Below, in pieces: positions 24,791 through 37,397 of a stretch of 64,000 bases of DNA. Below the pieces are notes generated by a model. That model did no database searches and was not told the DNA's origin. It saw nothing but the letters and a program-made list of their open reading frames with translations. This DNA is from Glaucostegus cemiculus (Eukaryota). The stretch covers positions 9,300,001 to 9,364,000 of the forward strand of contig CDPCPM010000233.1 in assembly GCA_976551045.1 (NCBI GenBank), written 5' to 3'. Both the position numbers and the translations under genes were made by a program. Position 1 is the first letter of the stretch. The number at the start of each line of letters is the position of its first letter.

Positions 24791-25941
24791 ATCACAAAAA
24801 GCATTCTTGATTTTGATTTTTTATTTGTGATGTTTAAAGTTTTTGGGAAAACAAGCAATTTCTGACATTTTGGGGGTTCCTTAAGATAATTTGAAGTTAA
24901 ATGGTAATGGACTCACAGTCACAGTTGGGCAGTTGTCTATGACAGGAATACACCAGTTATTGATCTTGCCTTTTATCTGAACTGAAGATTATCTGATATC
25001 ATTGTCGTCAGCCTATTGCATTTCTTTACAGATATTGGCTGATCTGCTCTCTCTTTTCACCATCTTTGCTCTCTGTCAGGTTTTGGCATTTTTTTTGTGG
25101 AAATCATATAACATTCATTAAATCTAATCTGAGCTGCTGAGGTGATGCTGCAGGAGGTTAACGTGAAAAGTATTCTAGAAATAATAAGGATCTGAGAGAT
25201 TTATCTTTTCACATTTACAATGTTACTGAAAATTTGATTATCTTTTAACCTTTTGGTTATCTCTATAATTCACTTGGCAATATTTCTGGTGGTAATAATA
25301 AATGAGTTCAGTACCATCCAAAATTTACATTTATTCATGGGAAAGGATCCTGGGAGTGAAGTTGAACAGCAACCAAAAACAGGGCTGAGATTGTGATGGA
25401 TGTTGAACACACATCCACTGAATACAAGGCAGAAGACTCAACAATTCATACAGTCTGCTCACTAACCATACTGTTGATTAAGTGGAAGCATCAGCAGCTG
25501 GCTGATGTTGAGAATGCGTGCCTACATTTAAAACCAGCCTGCCAGTCATTCTGTCTGCAGCTCCTAAAGAGGAGGTGTAATATGACTGAGGCAGGTACTG
25601 ATAGACAACGTACAAGTAAGTCAGACTCATGAAAATGAAGATTGGAACAATGTGGAAAACATTACGCTTTAAGGAATTTAAGTACTGACTTAGTGGAGGA
25701 AGAGGAATGTAAGAAAAATGCCTTGTTTATATAGGATACCAGGACACATACTCCAGAAGACATGAGAGCAGATAGCATTGAAGGTCAGTGTTGTGAAGCC
25801 CTTTGTGCCTGAATTCAATGGTGCAAACACCCAGTGAGATTACATAGCTGGTCAATGAAAACATATCTAAGTAACTGTTTTACGAAGAGCATCTGTTCAA
25901 TGTATTATGTCTGTTTGCCAATAATCACTATCACTAAAGTT

Positions 25942-26205
25942 TAGGTGGGGAAGGACTAAAGTTTAGGGTTCTTCTGCCACTGGGGAGGGAGGGGCAGGGT
26001 CAGGCAAGAAAGCCCCTTAAATATTGTAAATACAGGATTGGGTAGCCCCCCAGGGAGCCACACAAGTGGCATCAATGCTACGTTTTTTATATAAAAAGGT
26101 AACACTAATGATGGATCCGTACAAGAATGTAAAGGTTTGCACTGTTTTATTGTTGTATATAGTTTGTTTTTTATAATGAATAAAGTTTATTTTGGATTTT
26201 TAAAA
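25942..26205 (+). mobile_element. Tx1/L1-like LINE 3' end
   Basis: AGGTGGGGAAGGACTAAAGTTTAG reads RWGRTKV*, resembling a Tx1 ORF2 C-terminus as I recall it; followed by a UTR, AATAAAGTTTATTTT and an A-rich end. Confidence 0.5.
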
Positions 26206-26221
26206 TATCAATTGGAATGAA

Positions 26222-26782
26222 TATGTTGGTGAGGCTACACTTGGAGTACTGTGTACAGTTTTGATTACCCTGTTATAGGAAAGACGTGGTTAAATTGGAA
26301 AACGTGCAGAAAAGATTTACAAGTATGTTGCCAGGACTAGAGGGCCTGAGTTAAAGGGAGAGGTTGGCCAGGCTAGGTCTTTATTTTTTTGGAACGTAGG
26401 AGAATGAGGGGCATATAATAGAAATGTTTAAAATGATGAGAGGCATAGATGAGGTGGGTGATAAGTCTTTTCCTCAGGGTAGGGGAGTCCAGAACTAGGG
26501 AGCATAGATTTAAGGTGAGGGGGTAAGATTTAAAAGGGACCTGAGGGGCAACTTTTTACTGCAGAGGATGGTGAATATATGGAATGAGATGCTAGGGGAA
26601 GTGGTTGAGGCAGGTAACATAGTATCACATAAGAAGCATCTGGATAGTTACATGCAGAGGTGGGGCTTAGAGGGATATGGGCCGAACACAGAAAATTGGA
26701 ACAAGCTAGATGGACACCTGGTTGGCATGGACTCGATGGGCTGAAGGGGCTGTATTCATGCTGTATTGCTCTATGACTCTAA
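26222..26782 (+). mobile_element. CR1 3' fragment
   Basis: LVRLHLEYCVQF, LENVQKRFTSMLPGL; tail gggctgaagggg...gctgtattgctctatgactcta. Confidence 0.9.
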
Positions 26783-28260
26783 TAACAAATGTTCAGCAGA
26801 GTCTTAATAGCTCCTGAAAACAAGTGCAGGGATAGAGAAGTGTGATTAACCATACTCGCAATTAGTGCTGCCTGCTCACTTATGTTTACTGCATGCAGCC
26901 TACATTAATTGTACTGTTCATTGGCTTATCCTCTGAGCAGGAGACCCTATTGTGATACTGTATTGCCAGCAGATCACAGCTCTTTGCAACAGATACTGGC
27001 AGTTATTCTGGAACTCGTTCTAATCAGATACTGAAGATTAGAACAAGGAAGGGAACCCAATGATGCACCAGCTATGCTTTATTGAAATGTGAATGCCTTT
27101 ACGTGTTCTGCATCTGGCAGCAATAACTTGTTCAAAAGCTTCAAAGTCACAACAACGTCTTCAGCATTTAACCACATCACTCGCTGCAGCTTGAAACGGC
27201 CAGAAACAGAAAATACTTGTAGCCTGGTAGCAACAGCTGAAAGGAATCAACCAGTAATTAACCTTTATCTGTTTGCTGATTCTGTTAAATGACAATGGTG
27301 AGCTACCTTCTCACTACTGAACAATCTTGTGAATGTAAACAAATCTCCAAAGTAGAAAAGCAAAGCTGTAAATTGATCACAATCTGCCAACTCTATTGGG
27401 TATTCATCGCACAAATACTAATATCCCTACTGATATGTTGTCAACAATTATATGCCACCTGAAAACATGATTCCACCAAACCCTTGGCTCCTTCCTTCCG
27501 ACAACAAAAATATTGTGTTTACAGTTGTCTGTCAGTTTCACCTCAAAGTCAATAGGTATAATTTCACAACGCTAAAGTGAAAGAGTAGCTTTAATCTGTC
27601 TGTCAGGTAACAGGTAATCAACTGATATTGTTCAATATGAGGTTTGAAAGCAGTTTGAAAGTCATTTAACAACCACTCAAGTTAAACAATGAATTGGACA
27701 GCAAACACAAAGAAAGATTTGGCCACAATTTACATCTGAAGATTAACACAAATGATTTTTAAGGGTTTCTGTGCAATATTAAGGAATCAAAAGAAAATCT
27801 GTCAGAATAAAGTCATAGTGGGCTGTGCCTTCAGGGTGCCAAGGTTGCACAGCATGCAGCAGACTATCATCTATCTTGACAGCTGCTCAGCTGAGTACAG
27901 CCATGGTCCTCCAGATTCAGTGAGCAGAGCATTGTTTAAGTATATTAATGGTTTGCTAGATGTCTTGGGTGGCAGAATTGTACACATGGTGGCCATCAAA
28001 AATCTAAGCCATGACATTAGTGAGTAGCCCTTGTTCCCCAGAAGTTGTTTGGCCGTGGCAGCTTGAACCCAAATGGTACAGTGGACTGCTACAGAATGAG
28101 GGCATTGTATTTGCTGCCAGAACAGTCAGCATGACCTGAGGGATTTGCTACCTGTGTTCACACTTGAATTGGAAGGTGAAGGAATAGAATTGCTCGCCAT
28201 TGTTGTACTAAGCAGGGTTACAATGCAGTGACTTTAAAGAAAAGTGTGTTTACTCACTAG

Positions 28261-29303
28261 TGTTACGAAGTAGCTTACTATAGACAAATATCCCTTTAAT
28301 ATGGGACATTGTGTGTGTGTGTGCAACGTATTACGTCAACAGAAGATAAAACTAACGTGATGATGTCATTACAAGAAAGGAAAAGATAGGAGAGAGAGAC
28401 AGACAGACGGAGAGAGAGAAGAAGGAGAGATGGCAGCCTGTTTTGTTTCTGTCGATGGATGAAGGACAGTAACTGTGTTTGTCACTAAAATCTGTGGATG
28501 GATTTCTGGTGTAGTCCAGTGGAGTTCACTTTGTCGGTAACCTGTAGAAGGACACAGGTGTTTGCATGGACAACCACATTTTGGATGCTCTTCAGAGTGG
28601 CAGATACCGTGGAACAAAGTGACGGAATTCACTTTGCTGCTAACCTGTAGAAGAACACAGGTATTTGCATGGACAGTCACGATCAAGGAGTTTTCAGGGT
28701 GAGAAAGTCACTACCAAGTAAGCCCTGAAGTGTCGTTTGAGTTTCGAGCGGAACATTCAGATTTCGTGATTCCTCTCTAATCTCTCTCTATATCTATGTT
28801 TTGTCTTCGGTGGACAGTGCTTGTGAAGAAGCCTTTATTCGTGTCATCTTACGGCTTATTGAACTGAACCTTAAGAACTAATTCCTGGACTTGGAGTTTA
28901 GGAACTTGCTGCACACACACAACGAGTAGTTTTGGGGTTATAATTTAAGATTCTAATATTTTATTGTGTACTAATATACTAACTTTTTATTCTTAATTTA
29001 CGTATTATCGGATGTAGTTATTAATAAAGTAGTTTTAACACTGAAGTATGAATTGGTGTGCTTCTTTTTTTGCTGGTTTCGTAACAAAATTCTACATTGG
29101 CCTTCATCCATTGACAGAAACAAAACAGGCTGCCATCTCTCCTTCTTCTCTCTCTCCGTCTGTCTGTCTCTCTCTCCTATCTTTTCCTTTCTTGTAATGA
29201 CGTCATCACGTTAGTTTTATCTTCTGTTGACGTAATACGTTGCACACACACACAATGTCCCATATTAAAGGGATATTTGTCTATAGTAAGCTACTTCGTA
29301 ACA
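28261..29303. mobile_element. LTR-derived fold-back element: full LTR (28261-29086), 14-bp spacer, inverted copy of the LTR 5' end (29101-29303)
   Basis: LTR ends TGTTACGAA...TTCGTAACA; AATAAA at 29023; internal ~57-bp direct repeats at 28521 and 28624. 29101-29303 is the reverse complement of 28261-28465. CTAG at 28257-28260 and 29304-29307. Confidence 0.85.
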
Positions 29304-32300
29304 CTAGCACTCTGGACTATGATGAAATCTGAAGTCCCATAAAAGCCATATATTTACACTGCTTGTTACTCTGTGTGAAGTGAGAGTGAAAACAGTGTGC
29401 ACCTCCCTCAGAATTTAAATTTTCACTGACCTGCATTATGGACATTATGGACCTAAATGTGGACAGAAAAATGTGAGCTGTTATAAATAATTCCACCTCC
29501 ATGCCAGCAAGAACGGAATTCAAGGAAGTTTGTGACCATGCCGCCCTCACCCAGCTCTGAGGTTGGGGTTATGGCCGCAGCAAGTGTTAAATTTCAGTGT
29601 GGACAATGTTATTGGAGTGTAGACACTTCGTATCCTTGATGTGGTTCAAGCAGGAGATTTGATCCCTCAAAACCCTGTGTCCAGGAGTAACAAGTCTCTG
29701 CAGAAGCCAGGGGAAAGCCCAGAGCAATTGCCTCATGACTTTGTCAACCTTGAAAAATTCCAGAGAGAATAACACTCGCCCACTTGTAGAATCAGCCAGT
29801 AGAAATCAATCAATAATTAACTGACAAATATTTGATGATACCTTTAATTATGACAGGATACAGGAGTCTTGTTCAGCTGCATAATAGGTGTTCGTGTGCA
29901 CAAGATTAGAATAAGACATTAGCCAGACTGATGAATTCCAAAATCGTGTTCTGATGTTATCAGTGTTTTGAGTTGATTGATGTCAAGATGCTGCCTACTC
30001 TGCACACTTCTGGCAGGGGTTCCTTTACATGTACTAATGTCCTCACACAAAGATAGATTCCAGTTTGACAGAAGCCACAAAGGTCACAGACATCCCTTTG
30101 GGACAGAACTGGCTTCCATGGCACCAACATGATGGATGCTAGTGCTTCTAGGTCTTTGCCTGGGCTCTTTGGGACATTTGTAGGACCTTAGGAACCTAGA
30201 GAATTTAAAAATTCAATTACATTCTTTCTGATCAGCTCTAGTTTTCAAAGTTAAAATATACATTTACATGAAAATTCTCAAATATAATTGCATCAAACTC
30301 CACTTCCACCCTCTCAAAACTGACAATGTTGTTATTCTTAATTACCTCTGTTAGCTATTCATTCCAAGAATTTAGCACCAGCTGTGTGAAATAGCATTAC
30401 CTTCCCTCTTATAATGCTAATAACACTGTCTGCAACATACAAGGTTGTAAACTTTGGCCTTGTGTCCTCTGAACATTGTGATTGCCTCACATTAAGATAT
30501 AACAATTATTATGCAAGGGAAGAATAGCATTTAAATCTAGCAATGGTAACTATGGTATCTACATTATTTTCTTCATTTACAGCAGTTTCAGATTAGGGAT
30601 GTAAGATTCCCAAAATTCAACACATACCTTTCTAAACAGTAATAGGTCAGTACAGACCTATTACTGATACAAGTTACTGTAACTTGGACATAGGGATTTA
30701 TGGCAATTTTAATGAATATACACATCTAATTTAAAGATGTGCATCCTCCTTTATTCCCCCTATTCAATGGTTATCTCTGGCTCATTACATTCTGTCTTTA
30801 ACTAGCAAGGGGAGGAATTGCTTCTTAAATCCATGCTGCCAATAGCTCTGCAGGTTCAGTGTCTGGAAGACTGTGAGCTTGCACTAGTAAAGACATTTTC
30901 TCAGAATTTTTCTCTCAATTTCCTAAGAGACATTCCAAGTATGTCTACACGGTACTGCTGTAATTGGAACTGTGGTGATACCATGTTGCAAACATCTGCT
31001 CCCCCAGTCCAAAGATGTAACATGTTTTAATTTGAAGCTAATTTAAAATAGATTTATAAATGAAACCTTTAAACATCTTCAAAGGAGCTGCAGAATTGGT
31101 AGCTGAGCAGTAATGTTTGTCGTTGATATCCCAATTAAATCACAGTGTGCACATTAATAGACAGCTAAGGAACATTGTGTATCCTTCAGGATATTTTGAC
31201 ATTTGAAATTATACATTAAGCAGTGACTGATGACTGGTAAACAAGTAGGTCTCTGACAGAAACTTATTAAGTGGTCATGCCTGACCTTCCTCATTTAGCT
31301 GCAATGTACTGAGTGCCAGGCCTCTTTCCACACACTGCAGGACTTTTAATCATTGTTAATGCCAACTAAAGGTGCATTGGTTAGTATTTCTGCTAATTAT
31401 TGTTTATTTCTAAATAAAATACTACAAATTAATCCTTGCTGTTTTACCTCCCAGTTTGCATCTGAAATGTGGATACAACACTTTCCAGCCAAAGCACAAT
31501 TTTCATGTGAATCTTAATCATAGAACCCAGAGCTCCAGCTGAATGGTGCTAGGCATGAATATATATTACCTGAAGACAAATTACATAGTTATAAATTTAT
31601 CTGCTATTTTCCTCTGTCCTTTGGATAATTGCGAGTCTGACATGAAACATAGGTGGTTGGGCAGAACAAATTTGAGTGTACATTAAATGGATCCATAGCT
31701 ACCACCAGGGAAAGTTGAAAGCAGGTTCAGCACAGGAAAATTCCACAGGAGCATGTGGATTTTTAGCTTTAACCACTTTTGTTCCTTGTGCTTCAAACAT
31801 TTTGTCCACAGCTCAAAACTCAGGCTTGCTTTCACTCGAATGCTTCCAATGGATGCCATTTAGAAATAGTGTGACAGACCCTCTGAAAGTGAGTGTCCTG
31901 CCCAATTTCTCACTGTGCGACAAAGAGCTGCCAAAGGTTTTGCACTGGTAGTTTACAGAGTTAATGCAAAAGAAAACAAATTAAAAACCCTGCCAGCTCC
32001 ATCGGATATGCCTTATACTTAGATACTAGTGAGCCAGATTTAAAATAAATGTTACATTATTTCTAAATGGAGCTTAATTGAATAACTGCTTACTTAAAAA
32101 AGAAAGTACCTTTCCAAGGAGCTTAGACCGTTGCTTTTATGCAGGATGGAATTGTAAAACACTTGTACCTCACCTTGAGCTCAAGGTACATTCCCAGGAA
32201 TGAGTGTGTTAGTGGAATCGGCACTAAAAGGGATCATTAGAGCATTATATATGTATTACTGACAGCAAGCACCTTGTTATTGGGAATGCACAACCAACAG

Positions 32301-32539
32301 GTACACAAACAGAGCACTACATTTCCATTGCACTGTTCTTGGAACAGAACATGGACTAGTGCTAGGAACTGGTTTAGGGCTCAGCTCTCCACCAGCATTT
32401 CTGCAGCAATGAAATGGTTAGAGTGATCCCATTGTTCCATGGCTCAGTGTAACGTGAAGCACAGAGATAATGTCAATGCCTGCCTCTGAAGTCTGCTGCT
32501 GAGTAGAAATGTGGGGTTCAGGAATGCATCCTGGCCAAC

Positions 32540-33730
32540 AACATGAGTGCAGATTATTGTTGGAAATTAGCAGTGGTTTGAGAAAGTAACATTTGTGATC
32601 TCCATCCTTGAAATGCTGCAGAGTCTATGGAAAGACATGTTCACAATACTATTGGCTAAGGAATTTCAGGATTTCCACTGTATGGTGATGAAGAAATAGC
32701 AAGATATTTTCAAGTCAAGATGATCTGTGATTTGGAGGAAAGATTTCCTGTGGGCCATGAGAACATCACCATATCTATATCCTTGTAGGTGAAAGTATCA
32801 CCTGGAAGATACAGCTGAACAAACTTTGACAATTGCTGCAGTACATTATGTAGAAGGTGCATACAGAAGCCAGAGTCTGCCAATGAAGGATGAACCAAAT
32901 ACTTTGGTTAATGGATGAAGTGACAATCAAGATTACTTTGTCCTGGATGGTACTAAGGTTCTTGGATTCTAAATCCATGCTTATCCAGTGGCGAGTATTC
33001 CCTCACACAAATGAATTATGCATAGTCAATGGTAGAAAGGGTCAGAAATTGAATGACATTTTACAGGATACCCAGATATTAGTAGCCACAGTATTTAAGT
33101 GACCAGTCAAGTTAAGTTTTTGATTAATAGTGACCCCTAGGATGTTGATGGTGGGGAACGCAGCAATGGAAATGATGTTTAATTTTTAAGGAAAGACTGT
33201 TGAATTCTCTCTTTGACACAAGTGATACAAATGTTCCTTGTGATTTATCAGCAATTTAACATTATGTAGTCATCAGCAACTATCATAGAAGCATAGAACC
33301 ATAGAACAATACAGCACCATACAGGCCCTTCGGCCCACCATGTTGTGCCATCCATCAAACCTCACACGATCTAACTCTTTCCTCCCACATATCCCTCTAT
33401 CCCACATTCCTCCATATGCCTATCCAATAATCTCTTGATCCCTTTTGGAAATCTGTGAGGAAGGAAAGGTTATTAGTGAAACAATTGAAAACAGCTGGAC
33501 TTTGGATATTTTCCGAGGGAGTTTCTTCAACCATGTATTGGACCATAGATATTGACTGCCAACATTCACAACTATTTTCCTTTGTGTAAAATATGGCTTC
33601 CAATAATGAACAACTCTCACCTTGATTCAATTTTACTATCACTTCCAGATGTCACATATGGCCAAATCTTGCCTTCCAATGTTTGTCAAGGGTTGTCGTT
33701 CTCAGGTCAACACTTAATACTCAGGGTTGT
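32540..33730 (-). mobile_element. Old CR1/L2-group LINE of a second family, interrupted by a CR1 tail at ~33284-33445
   Basis: ORF 32775-32978 (LSTIQDKVILI...LHWQTLASVCTFYIMYCSN) resembles the LDTIQDKAARLI...HHRRTVAAVCTIYKMHCSN C-terminus. The inserted tail is (catagaac)n acagcaccatacaggcccttcggccca. Confidence 0.65.
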
Positions 33731-34304
33731 TTGTGAATCTGATTGTATGTCAGTGAGTGAACTGGGTAATAAGACAAAGGGTAAAAAAATAACTGACATT
33801 TACTTGGTTACATTGCAATTCTTTGCCTTCACCCTCCCCACTCGTGTGTTTTCATCCTGAATGAGGTAAAAAATGGCTGATTCAAGTTTGTCACTGTTTG
33901 AAGTTTTAGGACATTCCCTCAGTTCAAGTCAGACCCCCTTTATCAGTGCCATCCCAGTTGTTACAACTTTATACCATTTGTAACTGGGAATGATTATGTT
34001 TCTCCTCAGTATCCTGCCAAATATGTCTCGGGTCATGACATGCAACATTTTATTATGTGAATGACATTATTACATGGAAGTTTTTGTTTTCTTCTAAGCA
34101 TTAACATTATGTTTTATTGTGAACCTTCACATATAGAAACAAATATTTATATAAGAATAGCTTACAAAATAGTGGAACGGATCTAGGAGATAAATGAGTA
34201 ATATGAAGAAAAATAACTGGATTTACTACCTTATCCCTTACAGAATACAAAAAGGGAAATATCTCTTCCAGAAACAGGCAACTCTGCCTTGAATACAAAA
34301 AAAA

Positions 34305-34800
34305 CCTGCTGATGTTGGAAATTTCTAAGTAAAACAGAAAGTGCTGGAAACACTCAGCAGGTCATTTGTGGGGAGAGAAACAGAGTTAATATTTCAGGTG
34401 GATAACCTTCCATGAAAACTGGGAACAGTTAGAAATTAAACATATTTTAAGTTGCAGAGAAGAGGGAGTATTGTAAAAGACAAAGGAGATGCCTTTGAAG
34501 AGATGGAGATCAAGAGAGATTGGATGATGTCTGGTGCTGGCTGACAGAGGATGTTGAAGGCTTGTTGATCACATCTGTCCTATCTGGAGTCAATATAAAT
34601 AGAAGGAAATGAATGAGAACAGAGGAAAGAAATAAAAAGCAATACTGGAATAATGAGATGCAAAGCACCACAGTTGCCAAAAATCTGAAATAATGGAGAA
34701 AGATGAAAATTCTCAACAGATGCAACAGGATTTATGGAGAGAGGAAAAATGAGTTTTATTCAAATTGATAGCCTTCATTAGAACTGTCTAGTTCTGATAC
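34305..34800 (-). mobile_element. Two decayed Penelope terminal-repeat copies (~34305-34500 and ~34660-34800)
   Basis: gtgctggaaacactcagcaggtca; the - strand reads cagtt-ttcatgg-a-aggt-tatcc-acct-gaaatatt-aact (hammerhead-like). Confidence 0.6.
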
Positions 34801-36329
34801 AAACAGGAAAACTTGGTTATCTGAAATTATTGAATTCAAGTGAAGATATACTTCATAAATATTCTTCACTCCCTGCTGGATTTTCTACAGAGCAAACAGT
34901 CCCATCTATATTGCCTCTATTGAGAAATATTAATATATTTCTATATTTTTCACTTTTTCCAAAATTACATCCTTTTTTATGATATGCCTATGTTATTTTA
35001 TAAACCAAATTTTTCTCATAAGCATTAATATGTGGCCCCCACTGACAATATTAGCTCAATTCTGCTGCTTAACCAAGCAGAGTTGTTCATAGGGCTGAAT
35101 TGTGGTAAACAATGCTAATCATTTTAATGGGACACACATTTCTAAATCACAGTAGTTCATCTAAGTCTAACTAAACTAACCCACATTTTTTTCCAATAGC
35201 CGTGGTTTACAAATTATCTTATAATTGATGTAATTTTACCCATAAGTATAATTTAAAGGGAGAGTGAATAGTTTGGTGATTTTTAACAAAATAAACAAAA
35301 TTCTTTTGCACTTGAAATTGTGCCACATGGAAGATCTTTGTCCCTGTGCCAATGAACCACTGTTTTCTTCTAAGTTCTTTAACCATCAGTGTGTGCAGGT
35401 TGGAAGTGTGACTTTTAATCACCCCAAGCATGAGTGCTTATCCTTAACCAGGTACCTGTGAAACTGAACTAATGGCAACTGAGATCAGAGCTCCATTTAA
35501 GGAAATGCTGATTATTAATTCAAAAGTATTGCAATTACTTCAGGCTGATAAAATAACTACAAAGTGTTCTGCTCGTGTGCAGGGACTGGACCCTCAGGCC
35601 TGTTTCTTTACATTCATGATGATTATAGCTGATCTCCCCCAGGCCTCAACTCCTGAGTGCCAGTTCCACACAGCCCCCCATTCTCTAACCTTTCAGAAAA
35701 TATCTATTTAAATATCTCCAATGATCTAGACTCTACAACTCTCCGGGGTGTAAAAATATATCTCGTTCTGTACATATTGCAGCTTTTTCTTCAATCCTAT
35801 GTGTAAGTCTCAGACTTGATTTTCTCTAAAGCTAGGGCCTTTTCCTTAACTGTTATCTGTGAAAATTCTTCAATATAACAGGCTGCCCAGCCTGCTTGAT
35901 GTTATTACTGCTGGCTGACACTGAGGAATCCCTTCAGAAGACACCTTAGTTAAATCACATCAGAAATAGCATCATTCATACCTTTCTCAGGCAGGTTATC
36001 TCAAGGAGACCTGGAAAGTTCAAGACATATTCTATTTTTGTAGATCAGTGTCAATGATGGTCTGCTAATGCTTCTGCAAAACATTTAGGAACATTCTCAT
36101 TATGGGAAAATGTGCTTTATAAATTAAAATTATGATTGTTACTGTAAGTAGACTGAAACTATGATAACAATGTGATAAGTTTACTAAAGTTCAGGGCAAT
36201 TTTGTATACTGATTCTGTCACTGAAGTTATCCTGTAACTGTGTTTTCCATTTAATCTTAACTTGACAATCACTAAACATTCAAACTATTGTACCTGTTTG
36301 GCATGTGATTCAGTTCTTTGAAATAATGA

Positions 36330-36895
36330 TATCCATGGAAACTATATACCAGTATGCTTAAAATCACTTGGGGAAAATATTGGTAGCTATTAGTAATGAC
36401 ATTATAGCAAGGTATTTAGAAAAATACAAACTTAATGTGTAAAGTCAACATGGGTTTGTGAAGGAGAAATCATGTTTAACCAATTTATTGGAGTTCTTTG
36501 AAGAAGCTGCACATAACAATGTGTGTATTCACAACTTTTTGCAACTTATATAAAGGCCTTGGATGAAGGCAGTAAATGTATGGTTGCTAACTTAGCTGAC
36601 AACACAAAGATAGGTAGGAAAATACCTTATAAAGGTGAGGTTACAAAGGGATAGTGAATGTGCAGATATTTGACAAATGGAGTGTAATGTGGGAAAATAT
36701 GAAATCGTCAGTTTGCCCATGAAGCTAAAGTGTTTGAATATTTTTAAGGAAGAGATAGATAAGCAAGGGGTGAGAGATTACTATGGGTAGGTGGGAATGT
36801 GTTGAGGTTATAATGAGATCAGCCATGATATCATTAAATCGTGGAACTGCTCAATGACCTGACTGATCTACTTCTGCTCCTAATTCATATGTTTC
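36330..36895 (+). mobile_element. Decayed, internally deleted CR1
   Basis: SQHGFVKEKSCLTNLLEFFEE; tail gatcagccatgat...tctacttctgctcctaattc. Confidence 0.75.
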
Positions 36896-37397
36896 AATAT
36901 AATCGGGTATTACTGGTCTAATTAGTCTAGATGTTAATCATGTAACAAAAGAGAATAAGAAAAAAATTAAGAATCTCAAATAAGTTTGAAAAATGTGTTT
37001 TTTATCACACAAATGAGAGTTCACCCAAAAGTAATCAATGTTATGTCAATCTCTGAAACACTGGTTAAATATAGTCAGGTGAGAATGGCAGCTGGCTCAG
37101 TTTAGATCAACATTTTGCACCGTGTATCTGTTTATACCTGTCCTTGTTCCTCTGCTTCAGGAGACTGTATACATTGCATAGATTCCTTAACAAAGAACAA
37201 AGTGTGGAGTTTGTAAAATAAATGAATTTCATTGACTAAATGGGCACGTCTGACTTTTTTTGTGTATTGCTGAAAGAGAGGCCATTTTAACTACAAAAGG
37301 ACACTCAAAGAGAATGTTCACAATTCCAAAGTCACCCCATTTCAAAAGTTAACTTGGTCTCAATTATCTTGTTTTTTTTCCGTTTCAATAAATCTTT

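Noticed and set aside
28261-29303. Interpretation as an assembly artefact, or as a classical DNA-transposon MITE or DIRS element
   Set aside because: The arms differ by CpG-type mutations, which argues against an artefact. An internal complete LTR end (TTCGTAACA at 29078-29086) with AATAAA indicates LTR origin, and there is no transposase or recombinase sequence.
32172-32187. Perfect 16-bp palindrome ACCTTGAGCTCAAGGT
   Set aside because: About one palindrome of this length is expected by chance in 64 kb, and there is no supporting context.
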